This document shows positions 39,955 to 52,108 of a stretch of 64,000 bases of DNA, piece by piece; position 1 is the stretch's first letter, and each line of letters starts with the position of its first letter. The notes under the pieces were generated by a model that saw nothing but the letters and a program-made list of their open reading frames with translations, was not told the DNA's origin and ran no database searches. A program made the position numbers and the translations under genes. Origin of the DNA: Gammaproteobacteria bacterium (GTDB taxonomy: Bacteria > Pseudomonadota > Gammaproteobacteria > JABCZS01); the NCBI GenBank assembly GCA_021773275.1, contig JAJFKJ010000030.1:143580-207579 (forward strand), given 5' to 3'.

Positions 39955-41721
39955 ATGGCTTTAGCAACAGAAACATTTGATGTTGTAGTTGTAGGTGGCG
40001 GTGGCGCGGGTATGCGTACGGCTTACGAATTAGCAAAAGATGGCCGTCAGGTTGCCGTGTTATCAAAAGTATTCCCGACCCGCTCGCATACGGTTTCAGC
40101 ACAAGGCGGCATTAATGCGGCATTGGGTAACGAACATGAAGATGACTGGCGCTGGCATACCTACGACACCGTAAAAGGTGCAGATTATATTGGCGACCAA
40201 GCAAGTATTGAATACATGTGTGAACAAGCTATGCCATCGGTTTACGAGCTTGAACACATGGGCATGCCATTTTCACGTAACGCTGATGGTCGTATTTATC
40301 AACGTCGCTTTGGTGGTCAATCACAAAATTTCGGTGGTGAGCAAGCAGCGCGCACCTGTGCCGTAGCAGATAGAACAGGGCATGCCTTGTTGCATACCTT
40401 GTACCAACAAAACTTACATGCACAAACAACTTTTTATAATGAATGGTACGCCTTGGATTTAATTAAAACCCAGGACGGCAAAGGTATTGCCGGTGTGCTT
40501 GCAATGAATATGGAGACTAGCGAGCAGTGCGTTTTCCATGCGCGTGCGGTTGTATTAGCGACCGGCGGCTCAGGGCAAATTTATGCATCTACTACAAATG
40601 CACATATTAATACGGGTGATGGCCCGGGTATGGTTCTGCGGGCTGGCTATCCAGTGCAAGACATGGAAATGTGGCAGTTCCACCCAACAGGTATAGCCGG
40701 CGCCGGCGTATTGGTGACGGAAGGTTGCCGCGGTGAAGGTGGTTATTTAATTAATAAAGACGGCGAGCGTTTCATGGAGCGCTATGCACCACACGTAAAA
40801 GATTTAGCCTCGCGTGATGTAGTCTCACGTGCTGAAGCCGTCGAGATTCGCGAAGGTCGCGGCTGTGGCCCGAATGGCGACCACGTTTTGCTAAAACTTG
40901 ACCACTTAGGCGAAGAATTAATTTCTGAGCGTTTACCAGGCATCCGCGAACTAGCAAAAACATTTGCGCATGTTGACCCGGTTGAACAACCCATACCTGT
41001 TGTGCCGACTTGCCATTATATGATGGGCGGCATACCTACCAATATACATGGTCAAGCTTTAACCGTAGACAAAAAGGGCAATGACGAAGTCATTCAGGGT
41101 TTATTTGCGGTAGGGGAGTGTGCTTGTGTTTCTGTGCATGGCGCCAACCGTTTAGGTGGTAACTCATTACTTGACTTGGTTGTATTTGGTCGTTCTGCAG
41201 GCTTGTTCTTGTCTGAGCAAATCGAAAAAGATGCTATTGATTTCCAAGATTACTCTGATGCAGAAGTAGAAAAAGCACAAGCACGTTTGAACCGCTGGAA
41301 CAGCACGCAAAGTGGCGAGCGCTATGTTGACATCAAGCACGAAATGAAAAAAGTGATGCAAGATGATTTTGGTGTGTTCCGCACGGAAGAATACATGGTC
41401 AGCGGGCTTGAAAAAATCAAAGTATTACAGGAGCGTTTAAAGAATGCTGCTTTGACAGATACCAGTGATGTGTTTAACACCGCACGTATTGAAGCACTAG
41501 AGATGGATAATCTAATGGAAGTAGCTGTTGCTACAGCAACACTGGCAGAATATCGCAAAGAGTCTCGAGGTGCACATGCACGTAGCGATTTTCCAAAGCG
41601 CGATGATAAGCATTGGATTAAACATTTACTTTATTTTGGAGATGGTACGATCAAAGATCGCGCTGTGAACACGAAGCCGAAGTTTATGGATACCATGAAA
41701 CCAATAGAACGCGTTTATTAA
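39955..41721 (+). CDS. sdhA: Succinate dehydrogenase flavoprotein subunit
   Basis: [17 protein letters not shown] fold, covalent-FAD His region ([10 protein letters not shown]) and RLGGNSLLD. Confidence 0.95.
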   Translation: MALATETFDVVVVGGGGAGMRTAYELAKDGRQVAVLSKVFPTRSHTVSAQGGINAALGNEHEDDWRWHTYDTVKGADYIGDQASIEYMCEQAMPSVYELEHMGMPFSRNADGRIYQRRFGGQSQNFGGEQAARTCAVADRTGHALLHTLYQQNLHAQTTFYNEWYALDLIKTQDGKGIAGVLAMNMETSEQCVFHARAVVLATGGSGQIYASTTNAHINTGDGPGMVLRAGYPVQDMEMWQFHPTGIAGAGVLVTEGCRGEGGYLINKDGERFMERYAPHVKDLASRDVVSRAEAVEIREGRGCGPNGDHVLLKLDHLGEELISERLPGIRELAKTFAHVDPVEQPIPVVPTCHYMMGGIPTNIHGQALTVDKKGNDEVIQGLFAVGECACVSVHGANRLGGNSLLDLVVFGRSAGLFLSEQIEKDAIDFQDYSDAEVEKAQARLNRWNSTQSGERYVDIKHEMKKVMQDDFGVFRTEEYMVSGLEKIKVLQERLKNAALTDTSDVFNTARIEALEMDNLMEVAVATATLAEYRKESRGAHARSDFPKRDDKHWIKHLLYFGDGTIKDRAVNTKPKFMDTMKPIERVY

Positions 41722-41730
41722 GGGGGCACG

Positions 41731-42438
41731 ATGCAGGTCAAACTATCAATTTACCGATTTGATCCAGAAAAAGATAAAAAACCTTACATGAAGGATTACA
41801 CTATTGAGCTGCCAAAAGGCGAGCACGATATCATGTTGCTTAGTGCAATATTGCTGGTGAAAGAGCAAGACCCAACCTTGTCATTGCGCCATTCTTGCCG
41901 TGAAGGCGTGTGTGGTTCAGATGCAATGAATGTAAACGGTAAAAACTTGTTAAGCTGTATTACACCAATTTCAACTTTAAAGCAGCCCATTAAAGTACGT
42001 CCGATTCCAAGTTTGCCAGTGATTCGTGATTTGATAGTCGATATGACACAGTTTTATCATCATTATGAAAAAGTAGAACCTTATTTGCAAAATGACAATC
42101 GTCCGCCTGTAAAAGAACGTTTACAGTCACCCGAAGAACGCGCGAAACTCGATGGTCTGTACGAATGTATTTTATGTGCCTGTTGCACGACAGCATGCCC
42201 ATCATTTTGGTGGAACCCAGATAAGTTTTTAGGCCCAGCGGCCTTGCTGCAGGCATACCGCTTTATTGCAGATAGCCGTGATGACGCCACTGAAAAACGC
42301 TTAGATATTTTTGAAGACGCTTATAGCTTGTATCGCTGTCGTGGAATTATGAATTGCGTAGATGTTTGCCCTAAAGGTTTGAACCCAACGCAAGCAATTG
42401 CCAAAATCCGCACAGAAATGCTGGGCGATGGTACATAA
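41731..42438 (+). CDS. sdhB: Succinate dehydrogenase iron-sulfur subunit
   Basis: CREGVCGSDAMNVNG (2Fe-2S), CILCACCTTACP and CRGIMNCVDVCPKG cysteine clusters. Confidence 0.95.
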   Translation: MQVKLSIYRFDPEKDKKPYMKDYTIELPKGEHDIMLLSAILLVKEQDPTLSLRHSCREGVCGSDAMNVNGKNLLSCITPISTLKQPIKVRPIPSLPVIRDLIVDMTQFYHHYEKVEPYLQNDNRPPVKERLQSPEERAKLDGLYECILCACCTTACPSFWWNPDKFLGPAALLQAYRFIADSRDDATEKRLDIFEDAYSLYRCRGIMNCVDVCPKGLNPTQAIAKIRTEMLGDGT

Positions 42439-42459
42439 GTAAACGAGACCGGAAGTAAT

Positions 42460-45285
42460 ATGTCAAAGCAGAATGATTACAAAACCATGCAATCTTCATC
42501 CTCACTAGGAGGGGATTCAAGCTATATTGAATATCTTTATGAATCATACCTATTAGATCCAAATAGCGTAGAGCCACATTGGCAGTCTTATTTTGAGACG
42601 CTCAAAAATGGTGAGGCGCAAACACCGCGGATTCCCGTACAGCAAAAATTCTTGCAAATGGCGAAAAACAAGCAGCATGCCGTTGCAGCACCTGTTAGCA
42701 CCGATATCGAACATGAACGTAAACAAGTTGCTGTTTTAGCACTGATTGATGCTTACCGTAGTGATGGCCATCGTCGTGCAAACCTCGACCCATTACTATT
42801 GTGCGACCGCCAAGAACAACGCGATTTAGACTTGGCTTATCATGGTTTGAATGAATCAGATTTAGACGCAACATTTGCAACGCCATTCCACAATGGGTTT
42901 AAGCAGGCAACTTTACGCGATATTTTACGGTTATTACAACATTCGTATTGCGAATCAGTCGGTTCGGAATACATGCACATCGCTGATCCGAAAGAAACTG
43001 CTTGGCTGCAAGAACGACTAGAAAGCATGGATATCACACAAAGCCTATCGCCCGAGATGCGTAAACGTGTTTATGCACAGCTGACGGCAGCAGAAGGACT
43101 AGAGCGCTACCTGCATACAAAGTTTGTTGGCCAAAAACGTTTTTCACTTGAGGGCGGCGAAAGCTTGATTCCGATGATGGATGAAATAATCATGCGCTCG
43201 GGTAGCCTGGGTGTTAAAGAGGCGGTAATTGGCATGGCACATCGTGGCCGCCTAAATGTATTAATTAATATTTTGGGTAAAAGCCCGCAGGAATTATTTA
43301 ATGAGTTCCAAGGTAAATTTGCACTTGAATTAAGCTCGGGCGACGTTAAATACCACCAAGGGTTTTCTTCAGACATAGAAACGGAAAAAGGTGTGATGCA
43401 TTTGGCTCTAGCCTTTAACCCATCACATTTAGAGATTGTTTCGCCTGTTATTGAAGGTTCGGTGCGTGCACGACAAGAACGCCGTAAAGATGAAAAACGT
43501 AACCAAGTATTACCCATTTCTATACACGGTGATGCAGCATTTGCAGGCCAAGGCGTGGTAATGGAAACCTTCAATATGTCGCAAGCGCGCGGTTTTGCGA
43601 CAGGCGGCACAGTGCATATTGTTATCAATAACCAGGTGGGCTTCACGACATCAAACCCCCTAGATGCACGCTCCACTTTATATTGTACCGATATTGCCAA
43701 AATGGTGCAGGCGCCTATCTTCCATGTGAATGCAGATGACCCAGATGCAGTATTTTTTGTGACCCAGATCGCTGTGGATTATCGCATGCAGTTTAATAAA
43801 GACGTGGTCATTGATTTAGTTTGTTATCGGCGCCACGGGCATAATGAAGCCGATGAACCATCAGCAACACAACCGATGATGTATAAAAAGGTACGCGAAC
43901 ATGCAACCACGCGCGAAATTTATGCTGATAAACTCATCAAGCTTGGCGTAATGGACCAAAAACAAACAGAGGATTTAGTAGAAACCTATCGTACGCGCCT
44001 GGACGCAGGTGACAATATCGTAACGCACTTGGTTGAAAATGCACCACAAGAATTTGCAGTGGATTGGCAGTCATACAGCCAGATCGATTGGAAAAAACCA
44101 ATAAATACAAACCTCACAGATAGTGAATTTGCGCAGTTGGGTGCGGTCGTGGCTACAGTGCCTGAAGGTTTTTCAATACAAAAGCAGGTTGGAAAAGTTT
44201 ATGAAGCGCGCAGCAAAATGGCACAGTGTGAGATTGTCATGGACTGGGGCTTTGCAGAAAACCTAGCTTATGCAGCCCTATTGAAACAAGGTTTTGATGT
44301 GCGACTTTGCGGCCAAGACTCAGGTCGAGGAACTTTCTCGCATCGTCATGCGGTGCTGCACGATCAAGAAACCGGTGCGCCATTCCAACCGTTAAAAACA
44401 ATTACTGAGGGCAACTTTAGGGTCATTGACTCTCTGTTGTCTGAAGAGGCAGTGCTTGGTTTTGAGTACGGTTATTCAACAACGGAACCAAGAACTTTAG
44501 TTATTTGGGAAGCGCAATTTGGTGATTTTGCCAATGGTGCACAAGTTGTGGTTGACCAGTTTATTAGCTCGGGTGAAACCAAATGGGGCCGCTATTGTGG
44601 TTTGGTTATGTTATTGCCACACGGTTACGAAGGCATGGGCCCGGAGCATTCATCAGCACGTCTAGAACGTTACTTGCAGCTTTGCGCTGAAAAAAATATG
44701 CAAGTATGTGTTCCAAGCACACCAGCGCAAGTGTTTCATATGTTGCGCCGGCAGATGTTACAAGCTTTCCGTAAACCGCTTATAGTCATGACGCCGAAAA
44801 GTTTATTGCGCCACAAGCTTGCTGTTTCAGATAAAACAGACTTAACGCAAGGCAAATTCCATCTTGTTATTCCAGAAATTGAAGAGCAAAACATCGCCGA
44901 TGTGAACCGGGTTGTCGTGTGCAGCGGTAAGGTATATTACGACGTGTTACAAAAGCGACGCGATTTAGACCTCAAAAATGTTGCTATTGTGCGAGTAGAA
45001 CAGCTTTACCCATTCCCAAGAAAAGATTTACGTGATTTGCTTGAAAAATACACACAAGCAAGTGATGTTATTTGGTGCCAAGAAGAGCCGAAGAACCAAG
45101 GTGCTTGGTATTGCACGCAACACCACTTGTTACGCACAATAGCACCTCATCAAACATTATCTTATGCCGGCCGTGCTGCTAGCGCATCACCAGCAGTAGG
45201 CTTACCCAATTTACATATTAAGCAGCAAGAGGCCCTTGTCAACCAGGCATTAGGCGTAACAGCTACACAAAGCGAGGAAAAATAA
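42460..45285 (+). CDS. sucA: 2-oxoglutarate dehydrogenase E1 component
   Basis: 941 aa. TPP-binding regions match the OGDH E1 pattern (e.g. GMAHRGRLNVL, GDAAFAGQGVV). Confidence 0.95.
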   Translation: MSKQNDYKTMQSSSSLGGDSSYIEYLYESYLLDPNSVEPHWQSYFETLKNGEAQTPRIPVQQKFLQMAKNKQHAVAAPVSTDIEHERKQVAVLALIDAYRSDGHRRANLDPLLLCDRQEQRDLDLAYHGLNESDLDATFATPFHNGFKQATLRDILRLLQHSYCESVGSEYMHIADPKETAWLQERLESMDITQSLSPEMRKRVYAQLTAAEGLERYLHTKFVGQKRFSLEGGESLIPMMDEIIMRSGSLGVKEAVIGMAHRGRLNVLINILGKSPQELFNEFQGKFALELSSGDVKYHQGFSSDIETEKGVMHLALAFNPSHLEIVSPVIEGSVRARQERRKDEKRNQVLPISIHGDAAFAGQGVVMETFNMSQARGFATGGTVHIVINNQVGFTTSNPLDARSTLYCTDIAKMVQAPIFHVNADDPDAVFFVTQIAVDYRMQFNKDVVIDLVCYRRHGHNEADEPSATQPMMYKKVREHATTREIYADKLIKLGVMDQKQTEDLVETYRTRLDAGDNIVTHLVENAPQEFAVDWQSYSQIDWKKPINTNLTDSEFAQLGAVVATVPEGFSIQKQVGKVYEARSKMAQCEIVMDWGFAENLAYAALLKQGFDVRLCGQDSGRGTFSHRHAVLHDQETGAPFQPLKTITEGNFRVIDSLLSEEAVLGFEYGYSTTEPRTLVIWEAQFGDFANGAQVVVDQFISSGETKWGRYCGLVMLLPHGYEGMGPEHSSARLERYLQLCAEKNMQVCVPSTPAQVFHMLRRQMLQAFRKPLIVMTPKSLLRHKLAVSDKTDLTQGKFHLVIPEIEEQNIADVNRVVVCSGKVYYDVLQKRRDLDLKNVAIVRVEQLYPFPRKDLRDLLEKYTQASDVIWCQEEPKNQGAWYCTQHHLLRTIAPHQTLSYAGRAASASPAVGLPNLHIKQQEALVNQALGVTATQSEEK

Positions 45286-46485
45286 ATGAGTATCGAGGTA
45301 AAAGTCCCTGTATTGCCCGAATCGGTTGCAGACGCGACGATCAGCACTTGGCATAAAAAACCAGGTGATTTTGTAAAACGCGATGAAAATCTCGTTGATG
45401 TCGAAACAGATAAAGTTATGCTAGAGGTGCCAGCACCAGAAGACGGTATATTAAAAGAAATTACCAAGCCTGAAGGTAGCGTTGTTGGTGGCGAAGATGT
45501 GATTGCAGTATTTGAGCCAGGTGCAGCGCCTGCAGCAGAATCGACGCCGGCAGCTGCAGAACCTACAGCAGAATCGGCACCAGCGCCTGTAGCAGCGGCA
45601 CCGTTAGCAGCAGCGGCGCCAGCAAGTGCTGATAAAGCAGGTGTTGCAGGCCCGTCGGCGCGCCGCACGGGTGCAGAGCATGGCATTGATACAGCAGCAA
45701 TGGCGGGTTCAGGCAAAGATGGCCGCGTTACAAAGTTAGATGTGTTGCAGCAAGCGGCAACAGGCACGGGTGCAGCGCCAGTGGGCCGCACAGAAGAGCG
45801 CGTACCAATGACGCGTCTACGTCAGCGTGTTGCAGAACGCCTGCTCGATGCACAGCAACAAGCCGCAATTTTAACAACTTTTAACGAAGTGAACTTGCAG
45901 CCTGTCAGTGATATTCGTAATAAATACAAAGACCAATTCCTGGAAAAACACGGTGTGAAGCTAGGCTTTATGTCATTTTTCATAAAAGCATCAGTAGAAG
46001 CATTAAAACGTTTCCCTGATGTTAATGCTAGCGTTGATGGCACAGATATTGTTTACCATAACTATTTTGATATTGGTGTTGCCGTTTCAACACCACGTGG
46101 CCTGATGGTACCCATCATTCGCGATGTTGATGCAATGAGCTTGGCAGATATTGAAAAAGCCATAATGGGCTACTCGGTGAAAGCACGTGAAAACAAGATT
46201 TCGGTTGAAGACATGACCGGTGGTACATTCACTGTATCAAACGGAGGGGTTTTTGGCTCTTTATTATCAACACCGATTCTGAATCCACCACAAAGCGCCA
46301 TTCTAGGCATGCATAAAATTGAGCAGCGGCCTGTTGTGGAGAACGGTGAGATAGTTATTCGGCCAATGATGTATTTAGCGATGTCGTATGATCACCGCAT
46401 CATTGATGGCAAAGAGTCCGTTACTTTTTTACGCACAGTTAAAGAAATATTAGAAGACCCAACATTATTACTGTTGGATTTATAG
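45286..46485 (+). CDS. sucB: Dihydrolipoyllysine-residue succinyltransferase (E2)
   Basis: N-terminal lipoyl domain ([10 protein letters not shown]), Ala/Pro-rich linker and catalytic DHRIIDG. Confidence 0.95.
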   Translation: MSIEVKVPVLPESVADATISTWHKKPGDFVKRDENLVDVETDKVMLEVPAPEDGILKEITKPEGSVVGGEDVIAVFEPGAAPAAESTPAAAEPTAESAPAPVAAAPLAAAAPASADKAGVAGPSARRTGAEHGIDTAAMAGSGKDGRVTKLDVLQQAATGTGAAPVGRTEERVPMTRLRQRVAERLLDAQQQAAILTTFNEVNLQPVSDIRNKYKDQFLEKHGVKLGFMSFFIKASVEALKRFPDVNASVDGTDIVYHNYFDIGVAVSTPRGLMVPIIRDVDAMSLADIEKAIMGYSVKARENKISVEDMTGGTFTVSNGGVFGSLLSTPILNPPQSAILGMHKIEQRPVVENGEIVIRPMMYLAMSYDHRIIDGKESVTFLRTVKEILEDPTLLLLDL

Positions 46486-46494
46486 GAGTATTAA

Positions 46495-47664
46495 ATGAAT
46501 TTACATGAATATCAAGCAAAAGAATTATTCCGCCAGTACGGCATGCCAACATCAAAAGGGCAAATAATTAATGCGGGTGATGAAATTGCTAATGCCTTGC
46601 AATTATTAGGCGGCGAGCGCTGGGTAGCGAAAGCACAGGTGCATGCGGGTGGTCGCGGTAAAGCTGGCGGCGTAAAGCTGGTTTCAAGTAAAGCCGAAGT
46701 CGAAAATTTTGTACGTGAATTATTGCACACGCATCTGGTCACTTATCAAACCGACGAAAATGGCCAACCGGTTAATCAAATTTTAATTGAAGAGCCTTGC
46801 GATATTGATCAAGAGCTTTACCTGGGTGCCGTGCTAGATCGCAGCTTTCGCACCATGGTAATCATGGCATCGACGGAAGGTGGTGTAGAAATTGAAAAGG
46901 TCGCCGAAGAAACGCCTGATAAAATTCACAAAATTGTTGTTGATCCTGCGATTGGCGTACAGCCCTATCAGGGCCGTGAATTAGCTTTTAAGCTTGGCTT
47001 AAAAGGTGACCAGATTAAACAGTTTGTGAAACTTTACCTTGGTTTGGGTAAAATGTTTTTTGACTGTGATTTAGGTATGGTTGAGATTAACCCATTGGTT
47101 ATAACCAAAAAGGGTGATCTGTTATGCCTAGACGGAAAAATTAACGTCGATGACAACGCACTATATCGCCAACCTAAGCTCACAGAAATGCGTGATGCTA
47201 GCCAAGAAGATGATCGTGTTAACAAGGCACATGAGTGGGACCTAAACTACGTGCCACTTGATGGCAATATCGGTTGCATGGTAAACGGTGCAGGTCTTGC
47301 AATGGCAACCATGGATATTATTAAATTACACGGCGGCGACCCAGCAAACTTTTTAGACGTTGGTGGTGGTGCCACAGAAGAGCGTGTGCGCGAAGCATTT
47401 AAAATTATTTTATCTGACGAAAATGTAAAAGGTATTTTAGTGAATATCTTTGGTGGCATCGTGCGTTGCGATTTAATTGCCGAAGGTATTATTGCAGCCG
47501 TAAAAGAAGTAGGCGTTGAGGTGCCTGTAGTTGTTCGTTTAGAAGGTAATCAAGCTGAAAAGGGTGCAGAACTACTTAAAAAGAGTGGCCTGAATTTAAC
47601 GCCAGCAGGTGGTTTAACTGATGCCGCAGAGAAAATAGTAAAAGCAGTAGGAGCATTAGCATGA
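46495..47664 (+). CDS. sucC: Succinyl-CoA ligase subunit beta
   Basis: [12 protein letters not shown].., ATP-grasp and ligase-CoA motifs. Confidence 0.95.
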   Translation: MNLHEYQAKELFRQYGMPTSKGQIINAGDEIANALQLLGGERWVAKAQVHAGGRGKAGGVKLVSSKAEVENFVRELLHTHLVTYQTDENGQPVNQILIEEPCDIDQELYLGAVLDRSFRTMVIMASTEGGVEIEKVAEETPDKIHKIVVDPAIGVQPYQGRELAFKLGLKGDQIKQFVKLYLGLGKMFFDCDLGMVEINPLVITKKGDLLCLDGKINVDDNALYRQPKLTEMRDASQEDDRVNKAHEWDLNYVPLDGNIGCMVNGAGLAMATMDIIKLHGGDPANFLDVGGGATEERVREAFKIILSDENVKGILVNIFGGIVRCDLIAEGIIAAVKEVGVEVPVVVRLEGNQAEKGAELLKKSGLNLTPAGGLTDAAEKIVKAVGALA

Positions 47665-48551
47665 GCATTTTAGTCGATAAAAACACAAAAGTAATTTGTC
47701 AGGGGTTTACTGGTAAACAGGGCACCTTCCACTCAGAGCAAGCGATTAATTATGGAACGCAAATGGTCGGTGGTGTTACACCGGGCAAAGGCGGCCAAGA
47801 ACATTTAGGTTTGCCCGTATTTAATACGGTTCGTGAAGCAGTTGACACAACGCAAGCAGATGCATCGGTAATTTATGTGCCAGCACCTTTTTGTAAAGAC
47901 TCCATACTTGAAGCAATCGATGCAGGCATTAAATTGGTCGTTTGTATCACCGAAGGTGTGCCCATTATCGACATGATGCAAATTAAACCCTATGCGGATG
48001 CCATGGGTGTTCGTATTATCGGCCCAAATTGTCCCGGCGTAATTACACCGGATGCCTGCAAAATAGGCATCATGCCGGGCCATATTCATATGCCAGGCAA
48101 AGTTGGTATTGTTTCACGTTCAGGCACGCTTACATACGAGGCAGTCAAACAGACATCAGACATGCATTTTGGCCAAAGCACTTGTGTAGGTATTGGTGGC
48201 GACCCGATCCCTGGTTCGAACTTCATCGATATACTTGCGTTATTTGAAAAAGACCCAGCAACAGAAGCTATCGTGATGGTAGGTGAAATTGGTGGTAACG
48301 CTGAAGAAGAAGCGGCTGAATTTATTCAATCAGAAGTTAGCAAACCTGTGGTTTCTTACATTGCTGGTGTCACAGCACCTGCGGGTAAACGTATGGGCCA
48401 TGCTGGTGCCATTATTGCGGGCGGCAAAGGTACAGCAGATGAAAAGTTCAAAGCTTTAGAAAAAGCAGGCGTGCACACAGTGCGCTCACCTGCTGATATT
48501 GGTAAAGCTTTAGCAGAAGCTACGCCCCTACAAGCAATGGCAGCGGGTTAA
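47661..48551 (+). CDS. sucD: Succinyl-CoA ligase subunit alpha
   Basis: [14 protein letters not shown], active-site His region [16 protein letters not shown]. Confidence 0.95.
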   Translation: MSILVDKNTKVICQGFTGKQGTFHSEQAINYGTQMVGGVTPGKGGQEHLGLPVFNTVREAVDTTQADASVIYVPAPFCKDSILEAIDAGIKLVVCITEGVPIIDMMQIKPYADAMGVRIIGPNCPGVITPDACKIGIMPGHIHMPGKVGIVSRSGTLTYEAVKQTSDMHFGQSTCVGIGGDPIPGSNFIDILALFEKDPATEAIVMVGEIGGNAEEEAAEFIQSEVSKPVVSYIAGVTAPAGKRMGHAGAIIAGGKGTADEKFKALEKAGVHTVRSPADIGKALAEATPLQAMAAG

Positions 48552-49217
48552 ATGACAGCATTAGCGATACTTGCTTTATATTGCGCCTCCTTTATAGTGG
48601 GTTGGTGTTCTGGTGAAATATTGCTGAAAGCAAAGGGCGAGAGCAACACAATTTCTTATCAGGAGCGCAAGCCGCTTATCCTTTTAAATATTGTGTTGCT
48701 TATTACGATTATTGCTGCAGGTTTTTTGCTAGCTGGCAAGGCTATCTCACTTTCCACGGCTTTGCCAGCATGGATAATAATGACGCAAGCATTAATGATT
48801 TTCTTAATAGATGACACTTGGTTTTATTGGTCACACCGCCTTATGCATGTTAATAAGTATATGCTGCGCAAGTTCCATGCAGTGCATCACCGCGTACCCA
48901 AACCGCTACCCCTAGATTACTTTTATGTACATCCAGTAGATTGGTTGCTTTCAGGAGCAGGGATTCCGATAGCATTCATAGCTTCTTATCTTATATTTGG
49001 TGTCATAAGTTTTTATGCCGTGCTTATATGGGCAGTATTTAAAGCATTTCATGAGCTTGACCTTCACTCAGGTGTGCGCTCATATATTTCAAATCAGAAA
49101 TATATGAGATGGATGACCACAGCTGAATATCACGGCGCGCACCATGTCAAGTTCCACGGCAACTACGCTTCGACATTTAAATTTTGGGATAAGATCTTAA
49201 AAACAGAACTAAAATAG
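48552..49217 (+). CDS. Fatty-acid hydroxylase superfamily (sterol-desaturase-like) integral membrane protein, 221 aa
   Basis: Three His boxes (HRLMH, HAVHH, HGAHH) in TM context. ATG directly abuts the sucD stop (TAAATG). Confidence 0.7.
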   Translation: MTALAILALYCASFIVGWCSGEILLKAKGESNTISYQERKPLILLNIVLLITIIAAGFLLAGKAISLSTALPAWIIMTQALMIFLIDDTWFYWSHRLMHVNKYMLRKFHAVHHRVPKPLPLDYFYVHPVDWLLSGAGIPIAFIASYLIFGVISFYAVLIWAVFKAFHELDLHSGVRSYISNQKYMRWMTTAEYHGAHHVKFHGNYASTFKFWDKILKTELK

Positions 49218-49913
49218 AAGCTCGAACTTCCCATCAGAATATTTCAACACGGCGTATTTTTCATCCCAGGCTCCTAGTACATAGCGCCTGCCAGACTCCA
49301 TCTCGTGGTACGCAGGTCGATGCGTGTGCCCATGAATCATGGTTTTAACGCTGTGCAGTAGCATCGTTTCAGTAGCGGTGTCCTCATTGATATCCATCAT
49401 TGCGGATGTCTTTTTATTGCCCGCTGATTTTGATTGGCGCCGTAAAAGATGCGCAATTTTTTGTCTAAGCTTCAAAGGTAAGCCCAGAAATAATTTTTGT
49501 AACCATGGCAGATGCACTATGTTTCTAAATTTTTGGTATGCTTTGTCATCTGTGCACAGCATATCGCCGTGCGAGATCAATATTTTATTGCCATTTATTT
49601 CGATGACGCTTGGGTCAGGTAAAATTTTCATTTTGCACTGTTGTGCAAATGCTTTTCCCAGTAAAAAATCACGATTCCCTTGCATATAGAAGATTTTTTT
49701 ACCAGTAGCCTGGTACGCTAGCAAGCTTTTTGCAACAGTAGCCGCACAGGCAGAAATATCATCATCACCTATCCAGGCTTCAAAAAGGTCGCCTAAGATA
49801 TATAAAGTATCAGCCTGTTGTGCTTCGTTTTTTAAGAATTTTTGAAAAGCACCTAGCGTGTCAGGGCTTTGGTCGTTTAGATGTAAATCTGAAATAAAAA
49901 ATATGGTACTCAT
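49209..49913 (-). CDS. lpxH: UDP-2,3-diacylglucosamine diphosphatase
   Basis: FISDLHLN..GDLFE..GNRD..HGD..GHTH calcineurin-like metallophosphatase motifs in LpxH order. Confidence 0.85.
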   Translation of the reverse strand: MSTIFFISDLHLNDQSPDTLGAFQKFLKNEAQQADTLYILGDLFEAWIGDDDISACAATVAKSLLAYQATGKKIFYMQGNRDFLLGKAFAQQCKMKILPDPSVIEINGNKILISHGDMLCTDDKAYQKFRNIVHLPWLQKLFLGLPLKLRQKIAHLLRRQSKSAGNKKTSAMMDINEDTATETMLLHSVKTMIHGHTHRPAYHEMESGRRYVLGAWDEKYAVLKYSDGKFELLF

Positions 49914-49919
49914 TGCTTC

Positions 49920-50534
49920 CTAATTGTTACATGGTTCAATAATTAACTGGGTTTCATGGATAACGACTTGGTCGCCGCCATCCACTTGTTGGCTTGCTAT
50001 TTTGTCAATAACATCCATTCCAGAGTCTATGATAGCAAAAACTGTATAGCCGTTGGCAAATTCTAACAAGGGATTATCAGCGATGTTGATTAAGAATTCC
50101 GAGGTGGCTGAATCAGGGTGTTCATATCGGACCATGGCGACCGTACCACGACGATGTTCAATATTGCGATTTGCCTCATTGATAATGGGCGGCAAAATAG
50201 GCTCTTTGGCTGTACAGCTTAAGTCGTATAAGCCCATTTGCACTACAAAACCATCACTTATTTTGTGGACGATGGTATTTTGAAAAAAATCAGCCCCTAG
50301 GTAGCATGCAAAGTTTTCAGCTGTAATGGGTGCAGCATTGGGCAAAAGTTCTAAGCTGAAGTTGCCGAGCTTCGTACCAAAAACAGCGATAAATCGATTA
50401 TCGCGCGGGTTTTGGCAAGTGTAGTTTTCCTGCAGTTCTAACAAATATTGTTCAAAACCTGTAGTCTCTTGTTTTGCGTCGCATGCTAGCAGCAGCAGCG
50501 AGGCCAGGCAGGCTATTCGGGTTATCCGTAACAT
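49920..50534 (-). CDS. ppiA: Cyclophilin-type peptidyl-prolyl cis-trans isomerase (lipoprotein/periplasmic)
   Basis: Signal peptide ending LLLACD (lipobox-like). Cyclophilin motifs FHR-like region, VAMVR and FLINI. Confidence 0.75.
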   Translation of the reverse strand: MLRITRIACLASLLLLACDAKQETTGFEQYLLELQENYTCQNPRDNRFIAVFGTKLGNFSLELLPNAAPITAENFACYLGADFFQNTIVHKISDGFVVQMGLYDLSCTAKEPILPPIINEANRNIEHRRGTVAMVRYEHPDSATSEFLINIADNPLLEFANGYTVFAIIDSGMDVIDKIASQQVDGGDQVVIHETQLIIEPCNN

Positions 50535-50694
50535 CTTAAGTGTTAATCCATTTACTAACTAGTTAGCTTGTCTGATCAGTTTATTAAAGCAAGGATCATA
50601 CATTAATATTTGCATAAGATCTATTGGCTTGCTTGGATTTGGGCTAATACCCGAACTCTGTTAAAATAAGACCCTTACTTAAGGCTTGAGAACG

Positions 50695-52104
50695 ATGCTA
50701 AAAACACGATTTGCCCCTAGCCCCACAGGGCTCATACATATTGGAAATATGCGCACAGCGCTATTCAATGCTTTGATTGCAAAGCATGGAAAGGGCATCT
50801 TTTTGCTGCGTATCGAAGACACTGACCCAGAGCGCTCTAAAGATGAATTTATTAGCCATTTGGCTGAGGATTTGCGTTGGCTCAGTCTTGATTGGCAAGA
50901 AGGCTTGGATGTTGAAGGCGAGTACGGGCCTTATCGGCAATCACTCCGCCAAGAGGTTTACGACAAATACTATGCGCAACTGGAGCAGCAGAGCCTGGCG
51001 TATTCATGTTTTTGTACCGACGAGCAACTTAAACTTTCTCGCAAATTGCAGCGTGCCGCCGGGCAACCACCGCGTTATGATGGTCGTTGTGCGCGCTTAA
51101 GTGCAGATGAGGTTGCAAAAAAAGAAGCAGCAGGCATTGCAGCCACACTACGTTTTAAAATTCCGCCGGGGCAAGAAGTAAAATTTACCGATTTAGTGCA
51201 AGGCGAAAAAGTATTTAGAACCGATGATATTGGTGATCTGATTATTCGTCGTGCTAACGGTATGCCTGCATTTATGTTTTGTAACGCCATTGACGATGCC
51301 ATGATGCATGTCACACATGCGTTGCGAGGTGAAGACCACATCACTAACACACCACGGCAAATTTTAATTTTACAGGCCTTGGGTTTGGATACCCCGCAGT
51401 ATGGGCACTTTTCTTTGATCAGCGGTAGCGATGGTGCGCCACTTTCAAAACGTAACGGTAGCCAGAGCATCAAAGACATGCGCGATCAGGGTTATTGGCC
51501 AGAAGCTGTGCTCAACTATTTAGCACGCTTGGGGCATTATTACCCAGACAATAATTTCATGACGGCCGCTGAGTTGGGCGCAAAGTTTGAGATAGAACAG
51601 CTAGGCCGTTCGCCAGCGCGATACGATCCGGCGCAATTGAATTACTGGCAAAAAGAAACGTTCAAACATAAAACCCCCGAACAAGTTTGGCAGTGGATGG
51701 GTGAAGCCGTTCAGCAGTTAGTGCCAGCAGACAAAAAAGAAAATTTTGTAGAGCTGATCACGCCTAATATTTTATTGCCCAGCGAAGCGCACATATGGGC
51801 AGAGCGTGCGTTTGCACAAGAACTGCTTTTATCAGATGAAGCTAAGAGCGCCTTGCAAGGCGTTGATGCGCAATTTTTTAAACATGCCGTCGATGCTGTA
51901 GAAAAACATGGGCTAGACTATAAGGCTTGGGTAGATTATTTAAAGGAACATGCCGGTGTTAAAGGCAAGCAGCTATTCCAGCCTTTGCGTGTTGCGCTGA
52001 TGGGCACGATGCATGGCCCAGAGATGGATAAATGGGTAGCCTTGGTGGGGGACAAAGACAAAATCATTCGCCGTTTAGATCGACATAGCTACAGGACCGC
52101 ATAA
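50695..52104 (+). CDS. gltX: Glutamate--tRNA ligase
   Basis: [25 protein letters not shown] (HIGH-class start) and KLSKR (KMSKS-type). The ORF track started 3 codons earlier at a TTG. Confidence 0.95.
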   Translation: MLKTRFAPSPTGLIHIGNMRTALFNALIAKHGKGIFLLRIEDTDPERSKDEFISHLAEDLRWLSLDWQEGLDVEGEYGPYRQSLRQEVYDKYYAQLEQQSLAYSCFCTDEQLKLSRKLQRAAGQPPRYDGRCARLSADEVAKKEAAGIAATLRFKIPPGQEVKFTDLVQGEKVFRTDDIGDLIIRRANGMPAFMFCNAIDDAMMHVTHALRGEDHITNTPRQILILQALGLDTPQYGHFSLISGSDGAPLSKRNGSQSIKDMRDQGYWPEAVLNYLARLGHYYPDNNFMTAAELGAKFEIEQLGRSPARYDPAQLNYWQKETFKHKTPEQVWQWMGEAVQQLVPADKKENFVELITPNILLPSEAHIWAERAFAQELLLSDEAKSALQGVDAQFFKHAVDAVEKHGLDYKAWVDYLKEHAGVKGKQLFQPLRVALMGTMHGPEMDKWVALVGDKDKIIRRLDRHSYRTA

Positions 52105-52108
52105 ACTT

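Noticed and set aside
45162-45791. 209-aa antisense ORF across the sucB lipoyl-linker region (and similar long antisense ORFs at 3670..4218, 43107..43700, 38319..38810, 14866..15378, 28986..29393).
   Set aside because: They lie entirely within well-supported genes on the opposite strand. The Ala/Pro/Gly- or Ser-rich compositions reflect reverse-complemented linker or GC-rich codons. No start context and no homology pattern.
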